From Octopus bimaculoides (lineage: Eukaryota), in contig NC_068981.1 in the NCBI RefSeq assembly GCF_001194135.2, forward strand, positions 14,339,186 through 14,403,185: a DNA stretch of 64,000 nucleotides, read 5' to 3'. The position numbers and the translations under genes were made by a program. Below the pieces are notes generated by a model that worked only from the letters and a program-made list of their open reading frames with translations, searched no databases and was not told the origin of the DNA. This document shows, piece after piece, positions 27,828 through 42,350 of this stretch (the stretch's first letter is position 1; each line of letters begins with the position of its first letter).

Positions 27828-28702
27828 TACGTCGTGTCATCAATAAGTGTCCGGACTGTTGCTATAGTAACAAAGCTAAAGCACGCAGAGTGATGCTGCT
27901 TGACATAAATTGATCTTGAACGCTGCTGTACAAGCGCACTAAGAGTTAACGTTCTAGCTCACTCTTGCTGTTTACAGCAGTGCTTGGTATAAAGGTGTGT
28001 AGCGCGTGATCGTCGTGTTAAACAAAACAGAAAAAGAGGAGCAGAGAATTTGCATCAAATTTGGCCAAAGACTTGGCGATACCTGCTCAGGGGCCTACGA
28101 AAAGTTTTCGAACAGTTTTCATCGTTCTCCACACAATCAAGGAGATCTTGTGTAACTGAAACCCGAGTGACATTTTGGTCAGCTGCAAGGAGTTTAGGTA
28201 CAAACTTGGTAGACTCGTCTCATACCCAAATCGTCAGTGATAATGGACTAAACTGAACCGTAACTAATTTGCACATCCCCTGATAGCTCCTGGATGGTGA
28301 TTCGAAGATTTTTCTCAGTTCTTCCGGTTGCAGGTTTACCAGAATGTTCGCCGATGGCCACAATTGTCCAGCCATCTTGGAAACGGCTGAACCACACGTA
28401 CACTTGGTTTATGCGGCTCATATCCACTCTGCACATCTTTCATATCCTTTCCGCAACATTGCGTCGACCACTGAGCAGGTATCATCATGAAAACTTTCTC
28501 TGCCATCGTCAATGCGATGATCACACGCTACACATCGTCTTTCCAAGCACTGCTGTAAAAAATGGAAGTGAACTAGAAAATTAAAACTTAGTGCGCATGC
28601 ACAACGATATTCATGGTCAATCTTTGCTAAGCGGCTTTACTCTGCATGCTATATCTTCGTTACTATGGACACAATCCGGATGCTTATTGATCAGACCTCG
28701 TC
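27828..28702. mobile_element. Tc1/mariner remnant composed of two inward-facing 5' ends
   Basis: Minus strand from the 28702 end: TIR, then QVYVWFSRFQDG...ITIQELSGDVQISYGSV*SIITDDLGMRR..KFVPKLL..DQ (mariner N-terminal HTH region and linker). Plus strand from 27828: a homologous TIR and subterminal region, then EQRICIKFGQRLGDTCS. Confidence 0.85.
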
Positions 28703-29690
28703 TTACGAAGAGAGAAAATACAAGTAACTTAAAGGTGAGATTAAGAATTAACGGGAAGTTCATAGAAAGTTTTCAATATTTCTTTCTAAAGAGAATAGAG
28801 TAGGTTTCCACAAACTTTTACAGAGTTTGCGTACAGAGTAACTACAGTTTCTTGAGTTTTTCTACTGTGTGAAATTGTTTCAGGGCAGTTAATATTGCAA
28901 CATTAACTTGAAGCAGTTTCTATTGATAACATTGTTGAATAATACACTACTATCATTGACTGTACTCGATGATATGTGGTCATAGTTTTACGGTTCACTC
29001 CCAGCGTAGCTCTGATTAAACATTCCAAGTATGACCACTTCAGCATACTTTCAAGCAAATCTTTTATTGAATCATTATCTAAGATGCCGTTTCTGCTTTA
29101 AGGTTTTAATATATACCCTGAGCAAAATTTGGCAGATATTTCTGGCAAAGTAAGGCAAAGAAGAACATCTCGCGCAAAAGAAAAATGATAGTAACGTAAA
29201 TGTTACACTTACTTGATTCAAAAAGACTATCCAAAGTCAAAAATCATCATCTTTGTCTCCACTACCGATTCAAGTAATTTCTCTCCTCTTTAACATGAGT
29301 GCGACTATACGTAATCACTAATGAGATATCTTAATAAATGAATTGGAAATCAATACCAGAACAATATAATAAATAAATACGTTGGGAAATTGAAACATCT
29401 AAGTGAGACATTACGGTGCTAAGTCAGAGATTAATGTATTTATATTGAAATTTTGAAATCTACTATTTTATTAGCTCATATTATACGCAGGAATCAATGT
29501 TCTGTTCGCATTGTATATTTTATGTGTGAAGAGGCGTTTTACGAGACTAAATCACTACTTCTTACAATATAATTTTATTCATGACCATTAAATCATGAAT
29601 AAAGTTCATGTACAAAAAAAAAAAGAAACAAACTGTACATTTTCATGTACTATGTGATGTTTATGGAGGCTATACATATACATGCGTACA

Positions 29691-29770
<80 letters not shown>

Positions 29771-31370
29771 CACGCTGATATGAAATAAATTGTAGTTTGC
29801 ACTGGTCCTAAGGACAATACATATTTTGAGTCCATAAAGTTTAAACGTTTGGTTGAACTAAGAAAATGTTGAACTCAAAAGCAATCGGATGCATTACTAA
29901 TTATTAAATATTATAATAAATATGTAGCCACGGTGTGCAAAACACACACACACACACACATGTATAATTTACAAATAGCCTGTGTTAAAAAAATCTAAAT
30001 TAAATTGAAAACAACATACCATTACAGTGTTTCAACGTGTATTACACTGTTCACAAGAATATTAATACATGGGAATAATTCCTGTTCTGCTTTTCAGGAC
30101 CAATAAAGAAGAACATTCTGTTTCATGACTTGTTGATGTGTCAGAAGAAAAGTTATGCATATTTGTTTGCACACAAATATAATTCATGGCAATCGGTATT
30201 TAAACAAAACGAGAACCAGCAGACCAGAGTATATTACATATTGAACGTTTGTCTGTGGCTCGACTATTATGTATAAACATCTCTTATATTTGAAAGTCTA
30301 ACAGAAATTGAATATAAGCTTTTTAACAGTTACGTCAGAACGAAATAGTGAAGGTTCTGAAGCGGAGAAAATTATCTCCTAAATATACCAGAATCAGTTA
30401 CCGTATTTACCTTACTATCTTACTATGAAGAGAATAGTGAGATGCATTTATACCTGGTTACATACCGCGACGTAATTGTTGACACCTGCAATCCAACTAC
30501 GTGGCATTTTATCTCATGTGTTATCATGGTGTATGCATGACATTGCAAGTTTACTATGAAGCCATATGAAAATTTAAGCATGAAAATGTAATCATCTCAT
30601 GCTGCCCAGGAAGTAAAATATACACTTCGTTTATGTTGCAATTACGTCATTCGTTTTGATATTTAAGTCAAATGTTGTTTTACATTTAGACATTAAATTT
30701 AGAAAACGATGGAAACATATAATATTTTGGGAAACCCAGCAGCATTAGTTAACATGTATACTTATTTCTATAAACTTGTATTAAAGATCTCAATAGCATG
30801 CCCCGGATTATGAAAATATATTTAAGTTGCATAGTACACAGTAGAACTGAAAAAAAATCCTTAGGTTTTATATTCGAAATTGTTGAGATATATATTTATA
30901 CAAGGGCAATGTCTATTGCAAGGTAGCCACTTAGATGTAATAGTGATGCTTGAATAGTTGTTGTATTTAGTTCTGAGATAATTCACATGGTGGCAGCACT
31001 TTCTTGTGTAGCTATCAACGGATGTCGGTTATATTGGAACACAGTTTTATAGCAATGCTAGTACGATCGTTAGCCAGTATCTTCCGAACACGGGATACAG
31101 ATAATAGCTTTGATTTCCGGTAGATGTCGTTTGCAGTAAGCAAGGTGTTAAAAGGAAAGAGAAATATAGCTACATCAACATGTCCTTTTGTAATAAAACC
31201 TAATGATCCGCTGAATTGTTGCAGCCTAATCTTTGTATTTCTCTGAATTCCTACAACTTCTCCTTTCCTTTCCTGTCTCATTCACAATCATTCTTCATTT
31301 ACCATTTCTCACACACTTCTAAATCTACGGTCTATCTACATTCATGCACTTCAATATCATTCCATCCTGT

Positions 31371-31419
<49 letters not shown>

Positions 31420-32440
31420 TTCTAGCGCTCTCATTCTGTTTTCTTTTTATCAATGTCAATATTTCTCTTTTGTTCTGTCCACTTCAACTAAATTCTCCAT
31501 ATATTTTTCTTCAAGCGTCCCCGAAAGCCAGCTACATTATCTACTTCCATTTATCTTTCAAATGGAACACTGCTGAATTATTCGTAGATCCTCTTTATTC
31601 TGCACACACCTTGAATAGCTCTTTCGTCTATTCATTTTATAAATGCAACTTTGTTCAAACTGATATAATCCACGATCTATCGTGATATTCCAATTTTAGA
31701 AGAGAGTCTAGAAGAAATAAAAGGATTTTAAGCCAATCTATGATTTAATATCAGCAAAATATTAAGCAAGACAGTTAAAATTTTAATCTAAATTGTCACT
31801 ATGTTATGGACAGAAATAAAAGAGGATATGGTCTTCTGCAGGGGAGGATAAACACACCACTCGCTAGCACGTTACGCTTATCAGTTGCAACATACCTCAT
31901 ATTTGTATAACATAAGATATATACGAAATTCACGTTTATATGGCAATAAATATATCCCAGCCAATGGCATGCGCCATTTAACTAAACCTTAACTTACGTA
32001 CATTACTATTGTCAATGCAAAATGTATTTGATAAAACAATTTTTGATACGAAAATCGAAATGGTAAAATGATTATACATCATCATTATCGTTTTATGTTT
32101 GCTATCCTTGCAAATATTCGCTGAACCGGTCGGTGCTGCTCTCTGTGACGCTTGCTTGTTCATTCGTACCTTCAAATCTACGACTGGATTTCCCTTCCAG
32201 CACCACTCACTTGCGTTTGGGTTGCATTTTATTTTCGTTAACAGCTTTAACGAATTTGTCATATATTTGACAACATTAAATTGACTACTTGAACCACACA
32301 CTTAGAAAAGACTAGGTGCATTTACTATTTTACCAGCTGCAGAAAAGATAAAGGTGAAAGTGTGATTGCTAGGAAGATCTGAATAAAGCGATGGTTGTGG
32401 AACAAACAGATACACAAATACATACATATATCCATATATA

Positions 32441-32588
32441 TGACGGGCTTCTTTCAGTTTCCGTCTAGCAAATTCATTCACAGGGCTTTGGTCCGTCCAA
32501 AGCTATAGCAGAAGACACCACGCAGTGGGATTGAACCCGGAACCATGTAGTTGGAAAGCAAGCTTCTTACCACACAGCCACGCTTGCG
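32441..32588 (-). mobile_element. SINE family A, 5' half
   Basis: GACGGGCTTCTTTCAGTTTCCGTCT...CTTACCACACAGCCAC. Confidence 0.85.
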
Positions 32589-32964
32589 AGGAAATTTTCT
32601 ACAAACGTCTACGTAGACATGCATACGGATAGATTCATATATATGTGCATACATGTTTATACATACGTATTAAAAATATATGCATGTGTGTGTATATTTA
32701 TGTATATTTACAAATATGTATAATTCTGTGTATGCGGGTGTATATAAAAGTGTGTGTAGAGAATTTATATATGTCAGACGTCTTTTTCATTAAACTATTT
32801 AATGACTTTTCGTCTCTCCATACAGATTAGCCCCGCTATCATGTATTTACTTATCGCAAGTGTATTTTATCAAGGAGCTCTTGTTCACTCCTCTGTCAAT
32901 CATACCTGCCACTGACACCTCTCTATCTATCTATTTATTTATTGACAACGGTCTCATCATTCCG

Positions 32965-33600
32965 TTCTCTAACAGACCCTTATTTTCTCTTTCTCGGCCT
33001 CGTTTTTCTATGAAAAAGAATGGGATGACAGCGTATCATTTAAACATAGCGTTCTTCTTCCATAGTGTTCTCTTAGCCAGCGTTTTTCTACCTGATATGC
33101 AGCAAGTTCACATCTATTCTAATTCGTTTCGAATCCCTTGGGCTTCTTTTTTCTCAGAGGTTCCATTCAATTTGAGGGATCAACACTGGTTTCTAAAGTA
33201 TCACTACTCCACAAGTACCATTCATTGCTCAAACAAGAGCAGTCTTCACACTTGCATACAGGCTTGTTTCTTTGTATCAGCTGATTTGTGCTCCATCGCA
33301 CACACGTATTATTCCTCCATAAAAACATGCTTGCGTTACATTTTCTTAATCTTCATACGTTCTTTTCACCCAAAGCCCATTTCATGTTGCCATGCAACGT
33401 CACAAAATCTGCTATTCAATATAAGGGGAAAACCCTTTGCTGCTAGTAGAAGTAATAGATTCCTGAAATGTTATATCTCTGTTCCCCTTCTGGCTACTAT
33501 ACTTTCAGGAACCCACACTTCCCACTTCTAATGAAGCCACCTAGGTAATGGAACTGCCTACTTGTAGAATGACACAATGGTATTTAGCATTCAAGAGTGT
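32965..33600 (-). mobile_element. Decayed RTE-clade LINE, 3' part of the ORF
   Basis: Minus-strand translation includes FHYLGGFIRSG, ESIVAR, LLLAAKGFPL and a later VNGTCG segment, typical of RTE C-terminal regions. Many stops and frameshifts. Confidence 0.6.
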
Positions 33601-35884
33601 CTTTCTTATGTGCTTTTATCACCTGCTGCACGTTAAGCATACTTTCTGTCTCAGTGTCATAATGTTTCGATGTTAAAATTTATGATTCTAGTACCGATAA
33701 ACATACGTGTATATATACATGCATACACGAAAATCCCATGGATAGATGATCCTAAAAAAAAACTCTCATTCAAACACTCTCTGAGAGAGATGGATAGATA
33801 CTTACACATTGATATTTATACATATATATATATACATGCAAGTATATGTGTGTGTGTGTGTTGGATTTATGAGTACATTCACTAATTTTTACAAAATTGA
33901 ACTTAATTATAACCATCCTTCTGACTTCAACTTTTTCGGTACCTGTAAATTTAGATTTATGTTCCTAGAATTTCAACAGAATATAAAGAATATGCGATAT
34001 TTTTTTTTAAACTTGAGCAATTCTACCGAGCATGTAAAGAAATGAAGACATTTTGTTCTACAATTCTCTTATCATTCTTTTCATATCTTTAGATAAATAG
34101 ACATGAGGCATGAATAAATTTTAATGTATTCCAATACATCGAAAACTGCTAAAATGTACTTTCACACTATTCCTTTTAAATATATTCATGTTAACGTGCT
34201 GTATAAAACGCATATTTTTCATGCCTTTTAACTAAGTTATGATAACTCACACAGGAATGTCATATTCAAATGTTAAACCTGGAGCTACAAATTATTCTAA
34301 CAGTGGCTTCAGGCAAATCAAAGCAAAAGTTATCAAAAGCTTTTCTACAATTTTTCATTTCATATGTTTTATAATTTATTACACCTTTTCTTTATTAAAA
34401 CCACTTTTAGTGACATCGTTCACGCAATCTTATTACAATCTGCTTCAACTGGATTTTTACCGTAAGTGCAGTAAAACATTCTTAATGTATTTCCGTACGC
34501 CCAAAATGTGTCCGTTGCTTTTACAAATATCTACTGGTTAAAATCAGATTTCGAATTTTTTACCCTTGTATTATATATATTTTTTTCTTAATCATTCTTA
34601 CGATGTTCTTGTCATCAAAAATAAAACATATTTGTCGATTTCAATATCTGAAAGTAGCTGATCAACTAATATTACATAACTTCATAATCAGTACATATGT
34701 AGTAGCTATATGCCGTTATATTAACCAATGTGGCCATTGATTTTATTCTCTACGCAAGACTGAATCAATCTATTCCGTTATATATTATCCAAGGTCGTCC
34801 GAATTATTTGTTCAATAACTGTTGTTTTCAACTGATAAACGATTAATCTTAAATTTGATAGCAGGCCAAACCATCTCAGGTTAACTTCCCAGATTTCAGA
34901 ATTAACAATAAAATAAGGATTGGTATACTGTTATTTATTGGCATCACAAAACATTTTAATTGGATGGGATTGAAAAGAATGTATAGTCGTTTGTGTTGGA
35001 GTTCTACACATCACCAATCTAGAGGAAGAAATCTATATAATTCAATGGTATTTAGACTAATTGGTGCTGAGATATAATCTCTCGGATATGCTAGCGACTT
35101 GAATTATTGCACCGGACGGTCTCATACATCAAAAATTAAATGTAGTAGTAACTCTCATAAGTATATAATTCTATCATATGATAAATAGATTCACGTTTAT
35201 ATGCAAATCAGCGAGTCTATTTATAACACAGGTACACTCATGTCTACACACACAGAGCGTATATGTATGCATACACACACATACATATGTGTGTGTATGT
35301 ATGTATATATATANNNNNNNNNNNNNNNNNNNNNNNNNNNNNNNNNNNNNNNNNNNNNNNNNNNNNNNNNNNNNNNNNNNNNNNNNNNNNNNNNNNNNNN
35401 NNNNNNNNNNNNNNNNNNNNNNNNNNNNNNNNNNNNNNNNNNNNNNNNNNNNNNNNNNNNNNNNNNNNNNNNNNNNNNNNNNNNNNNNNNNNNNNNNNNN
35501 NNNNNNNNNNNNNNNNNNNNNNNNNNNNNNNNNNNNNNNNNNNNNNNNNNNNNNNNNNNNNNNNNNNNNNNNNNNNNNNNNNNNNNNNNNNNNNNNNNNN
35601 NNNNNNNNNNNNNNNNNNNNNNNNNNNNNNNNNNNNNNNNNNNNNNNNNNNNNNNNNNNNNNNNNNNNNNNNNNNNNNNNNNNNNNNNNNNNNNNNNNNN
35701 NNNNNNNNNNNNACAATTCTAATCGGTAAAATAATTAACTGATTGAACAGTTACTTGCTTTTAAACACCTAGACAGCACGTTAATTCTTCTTAAATTACT
35801 ATTTTTATATTTTGAAAATCTGTTATACATCACCACATATATAACATATATATTTATATGTATGTATAAAAGTATGCATGTGTG

Positions 35885-35945
<61 letters not shown>

Positions 35946-38555
35946 CATGTGTAAAGATAATGTAGGGCACCAAGAATGTCTGCTTGCCAAACCTGGATAA
36001 TTACACTTTTTACTTTGGCTTTAGTCTACCTGCACTCAAATAATTTTAATCATCATTATACTGCTGCCATATCTGTCCCAGTGTGGAAGAAATCTATCTC
36101 CCTCAATTTTTCTCTGTGTTCGTCTTCCTTAGTGATGTGAATATTCTTACATTTTCTTCACCCTCGAAATCATGTTACATTTATGGTGCCAGGAATGAAG
36201 CTAAAAATATTTTACACTCACGCATCTTTGTGAAACGTAGAATATTCCACACATATTTGATCCGTTTCTCACTTCCGAGCACTCGATTTATCAAATTAAC
36301 ATCCTATCTCCTCTTTTAGGATCGTCGTAACACTTCCTTATCAAACATCATATGCTTCATTCTTGTTTCGTTCTCCATCTCCGGGCTTCTACATTGGTTG
36401 TTCTCCATCTCGTGGCTGTTGGTTGTTCAGAGATTCCCCTGTTCGAGGAATAACATCCTTGACAATAAAAATATTTTACTTCTGAACTATCATCGCCATC
36501 CATCATCTCACGCAACAGAAGCACAAAAAGCTAAACGCCCTTTGCGGTTTACTCGTAGCCGTGCATTAGAAATCCATTGTAAGAATACGGCAAATAAAAT
36601 AAGAAAACGAAAAAGAAAAGAACGAATGTAAAACACTCTGTATAATCAATTGAACAGCGTTTACCTGTCAACTCCTGATAAATTACCGTTTGATATGAAA
36701 AAAGATAACTTCGTCAATCGCAATACATTTCATTTCCCAAATTGCCGTCGGCCTTTCTGATGACTTGCTTCCCCACCCAAGAGAGAATGTTAGGAAATAT
36801 GAAGTATCATCTTACTTTACATGTCACAGTTATGAGGTTTCTGTAAGCAGTCGTTTCGCAGACAGGAACAATTCCAATTTTGCCGTCAATTTTCTACCCA
36901 ACTCTACATAAAAAATTCTTCTTATACATCTCATTCAGTTACATACCATAGTCATACCAATATCTATCAGAAAACTTAAAATAAACAAGACCTGAGACTA
37001 GCGATGGCCCTTCTATTAACCTCAAACAATGAGAGACAAGACTACTTTCGTCACTCTCCAAACTCTTCATTCCGTACCTCACACCTTGTCTGTTATATCT
37101 CTGACAGATATCTAGCTCGATACTTAGATGTATTTTATGGTGTCTTCCATTGTTCCTCATCTCTGATAAAGCAAAGCCGTTCGATGTCAGTGTTAAGAAC
37201 CACATTCTACATCACGAATCTCTCTACCACTCCAAATCCATCAATGCAACTATAGAATTCAAATTCCAACTATCGTCATGTGCCATGATTGGTTCTTCAT
37301 TTACTACTTTCGTTCTCCACTTGAAATAATAAGGGCTTCATCCGTCAATGTCCAGTTCTTTACAATTTATATCACCCTTGTCTCTGTTATGCAATTTTAC
37401 ACTCTAAACTCACTGACCTACAATTAACATACCTCATTCCAAACTATATCGAATTCATAAAAAAAAATGCAGGAACACATTCAATAAGTATTTAATCTTT
37501 CCCCTTTCAAAAACAAAATACACACAATCAGTTCACATATCATGGAACTTCTCTTGTAGTCGATTACTCCTAATCAAGGATAAATTTCAGCTAAGAGCAT
37601 GGTGATTGCGACGAATATTAAGCCCCGCACAATCATTACTGACCTCTTTCGACAATCTCATATCTAAAGCATTGGAAAATCTGGGCCTCAGAAATGTTCC
37701 GCGCTTTGTATAGCCAGAAAAAAAATGAAAGACTTTTGTTGTTAACAGTTGATGAATCAATACAAGGAGACAAAAAGGATCCATTTGTAGTTCACTGCTC
37801 GAATATAATGTAAGTCGTTTTTGGTGCATACCGAGAGAAATTTAACCTGAATAGCACTTTGCTTTTGACCCAGGTCTTTACACAGTATAATCAACGTACC
37901 TAGCGCCCAATACGAGACTAATCGAATTATTAAAATGCATATAACTAGATTCTATAAAACTGATTAATACCTCTGAAGATAATTCTACATAATGGCCGGA
38001 GATCATTATGTAGAATTAAGGAAACTAAATGAATCAGATATTCCCTGTGTAGAATACACTTATTAGTGCTCAAGAGGTTTACACTTGAGTGGGTATAGAA
38101 GTAAATGCAGGGATAAGTAAGCTCGACAGATCAATATATCAAGTATATTAAATAGATGAAATACAAAAAAAAAAAAAAGAAAAATATAAATGTCTACATA
38201 CGAAAAGTTACAACGTACACTGAATTCAAATGATATAGAGAATTAATGGGGTTTAAGAAAAGTATTACAAATCCACTAGCTTTTCTCTGTGCTCGGTGGT
38301 CCGAAATGATGTTTGTATTGATTCCATCGTAGGATGAGACGAGCCTCCGTCATCTGGGAAGAGATCTTTACATTTGAGAAGTCGAAGTTCAAAGATGGAA
38401 CTGTTTTTTTCGGAACTGGATCATTGACTACATATAAAGCTATAAATAATAGCATGGAGATATTATTTATAGTTTTGTATATACTTTGAACTCCACATCT
38501 CAAAAGCAACTAATCCGTGATCTCTTGGAAGTTCATAAATTATGACCTCAACAAT

Positions 38556-38894
38556 GGCGTGGCTGTGTGCTAAGAATCTCGCTTCCCAATGACATGGTTC
38601 AATCCCACTGCAAGGCATCTTGGACAAATGTATTCTACTATACCTTCATGTCGTCCAAAGCCTTATGAGTGGATTTGGTAGAGGGAAACTGAAAGAATCT
38701 CATCGTATATATACAGGTGTGCGCGCGCGCGTGCGTGTGTGTGTATGTGTGTTTGTGTGTGTGTTTATTACTTTCCTCTCCATAGCTTGACAATCGATGT
38801 TTACGTCCCCGAAATATAGTGGTTCGGCAAAAGAGACCAATATAATAAGTACTAGGTTTACAAAAAATAAGTCCTGGGGTCGATTTATTCCACT
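38556..38894 (+). mobile_element. SINE family A running into a gap
   Basis: GGCGTGGCTGTGTG head through AATAAGTCCTGGGGTCGATT. Confidence 0.85.
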
Positions 38895-39367
38895 NNNNNN
38901 NNNNNNNNNNNNNNNNNNNNNNNNNNNNNNNNNNNNNNNNNNNNNNNNNNNNNNNNNNNNNNNNNNNNNNNNNNNNNNNNNNNNNNNNNNNNNNNNNNNN
39001 NNNNNNNNNNNNNNNNNNNNNNNNNNNNNNNNNNNNNNNNNNNNNNNNNNNNNNNNNNNNNNNNNNNNNNNNNNNNNNNNNNNNNNNNNNNNNNNNNNNN
39101 NNNNNNNNNNNNNNNNNNNNNNNNNNNNNNNNNNNNNNNNNNNNNNNNNNNNNNNNNNNNNGCAGGTGTATTAGTTTGACGCTCGGGAAAATGAAAAAGT
39201 ATTTTACGTTTGGGGCCTACGCGTTTCAATAGAAAGCAATAACAGAAAATAAACATATAACCTGGCGATTCGGCATATGAGAGACTGATGGATTAAGTCT
39301 CAGTACTTTGGTCGATCATTCAAACTAAACTACTGAATGACGCACCCTAGCTTCAACATATTCAAAC

Positions 39368-39370
<3 letters not shown>

Positions 39371-39427
<57 letters not shown>

Positions 39428-39436
39428 CGCGCGCGC
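39371..39436. repeat. (GT)n fused to (GC)9, an alternating purine-pyrimidine tract
   Basis: Direct reading. Confidence 0.95.
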
Positions 39437-41903
39437 ACGTATTCTGGATTCCAAGATTACTGCTTGTAACAATTATGTATTGCTTACTATCAGGTAGGTA
39501 TTATCGTTTCGCATCGTTTGAAATTATCATCAGAGAATATAATTAGATTTTAGTTTTCACTGTAACTAAATTCTTATTTCTAGTTTCCTTGATCACGTTT
39601 AATTGTATTACTGTCTTTTCCATCCATTCGCATAGCAGTCTTTGGGTTTTGCTTACGAAAATTAATATCATAGAACAGATTATAGCAACTGAATGAAATT
39701 TGTTTACGTATATGTAGAGATTCAGTTACAACAAATGCTTTAGTTTTACATCAAAACAAGGTCAAACTCACTCTTATAATTTTATTCGTTTTCCTATCTA
39801 AATATTGAAGGATAATATTTACAGAGCGGGGATGTTTTATCAGCAATATAAGCTTTTACAAAACGAAACCCGCGGTGATGAGGAAGTATGTAAGTGGCTG
39901 TTCATCTGTTTTTACGTTATGCGTTCAGATTCCACAAAAGTCTAATTTGCCTTTTATTTATTCGGGTTGAATAAAATAAATATCAGTTGAGCACCGCGGT
40001 CATTATAATGCTTACCCAATCCCCCGAAATTGTTGGTCTTGTCCCAAAATTTGAAACTAATATTAATTACATCTTAGAGTGTGCACAAAATATCAGGAGA
40101 AAAAGTAAAAGAAATATTTCACCTGTCGCATACCATTATCGTGAATAGTCACCATGATGTATTCTTATGCAATTAAGCTAATAGAGAAAAATAATATATT
40201 TGTTGCATTTGCTTTTCATTACGAAAAATATGCCACAACCAATTATTTAAGTCCATCTTTATTATTATAATAGGACAAGTAGAATAATTTTAGAAACTAG
40301 TAAGAAACATTATGCCAATAATAACAATAGACTCCTATTAAATATTTATGGTGTATATACAAAACCATTATGGTAAGTAGGAAATGAAACTTCGTTCGTT
40401 GAAATTTGTTTTGACATGGCATACTATAATTATATAGAAAAATACTAAAAGAAAACTTATTTTTAAGTTATACTTTCTGAAGTTACTTTTGTGGCATGCA
40501 TTCTTAATAGAGCAGAAAAAAATAAAGTTATATAATAGGTATCAAAGAAATAAAGGCACCTATAGAAACGGTATTAATTGTACTTTTAAGCATTCATACA
40601 TAAGGTTCTATTCCACTATCATAGAGGTTTCGCGTTCTAGTTCCCAGGTTTTCGATTCTAGTATTATCACTGGTACTCACGTATAAACACACACATATGT
40701 CTACACTTACGAACACCAGCGTTTATGACGTAACCTCATACAACAGTGTGTCTTCATTTAGGGTCTGCAAAGAAATTTTATTTCAAAGTGACTACTTAAT
40801 TAAGTAATAATGTCTCCCTCTCTTACCTAATGCTTACCCATTTTTATATATCCATCCGCTGAGATGGATTATTGTCCCAAACTTTGAACAGATCTACCAC
40901 TGGAAATTTTGTACCAAATAGAAAACATCGCTCTTAGCAAAGGGATCACTCTGGTTGGAATGGTGTAGAAGTCCGAACCTCTATCTTTAGTACGTAGGAA
41001 GTCACTTCGTGAACGTACAACCTGGTCAAAACGTGAACATAAAATGTGCCCCTTACATATATAGCAAATACTTCAGATGTTTACATTTAGGTTTGAAGTC
41101 CCGTAAGAAAGAAAAAAAATAACAAAAGGAAAATTAACTGCTGGTGCATAAACAGATGGCATGAAATAATTAATACGACACACAGAAAAAGATATGACAC
41201 TTAAAATTAAATAATTGAAAATAGATTTGAAGGAGACATTTCCTTCATGATCTTTTCAAATTCCATTGACTACCCTTACATAGTACAGAAATGATCTGAA
41301 AAAAGTTACTACATTTTGGGCAAACAAGCAGTATTTGCAAATGCAATCCACGTACCTATACATTGACCAAGTCAAAATATACGTAAGATCAATTCAAACT
41401 TGAATAATATTAACTAGCTTTTAAATACATTTCCCCTGTAACTGCCGGGCTATAATATTCTTACCTGTTTTATTATCACGGTGGCTTCTCACTTTGACAG
41501 ACTTGAACACACATTGAAGAAATGAAATCTTTCAACTGAATACTTGAAATATATTCTTCATGACAGAAAACAAAGCGATAACTCGGTAGTCTCCTAGTAG
41601 TATTTGATATGCTACCTTGAATCAATGACAAGATAATGGTATAGTTCTAGTCCTGATGTAAGGGCAATTTCTGCAAACATCGTCATCCAGTTTGTCATAT
41701 GCACAACGAAGAATTTTGCGATGTTATTCTCTTAATGCACAGGTTCCTTTTAGTTTTACAAATTTTAATTAGTTTATCGCACTTTGGATCCTCTCTAGGG
41801 ATTGAATACTTGAATGGTGACAGATTCTAGAAGAGAGTTAATAATATTCTCGTTCACAACAGACGCAAATGCAAGTGATCCTTGAAATGTTCAGATCAGC
41901 GTT

Positions 41904-42350
<447 letters not shown>

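Noticed and set aside
32860-33531. 223-aa plus-strand ORF, the longest gap-free ORF
   Set aside because: Antisense to an RTE remnant; no recognisable domain.
34239-34330. THTG motif suggesting a C2H2 zinc-finger linker
   Set aside because: No Cys/His finger pattern around it.
36940-37400. Possible RTE RT remnant on the minus strand
   Set aside because: Too degenerate to identify any diagnostic motif.
37749-37809. VVHCS resembling the PTP active-site loop
   Set aside because: Lacks the AG.GR(T/S) continuation; five residues are insufficient.
40707-40760. Minus-strand segment with strong splice signals (54 nt)
   Set aside because: All three frames contain stops; could only be non-coding and there is no other support.
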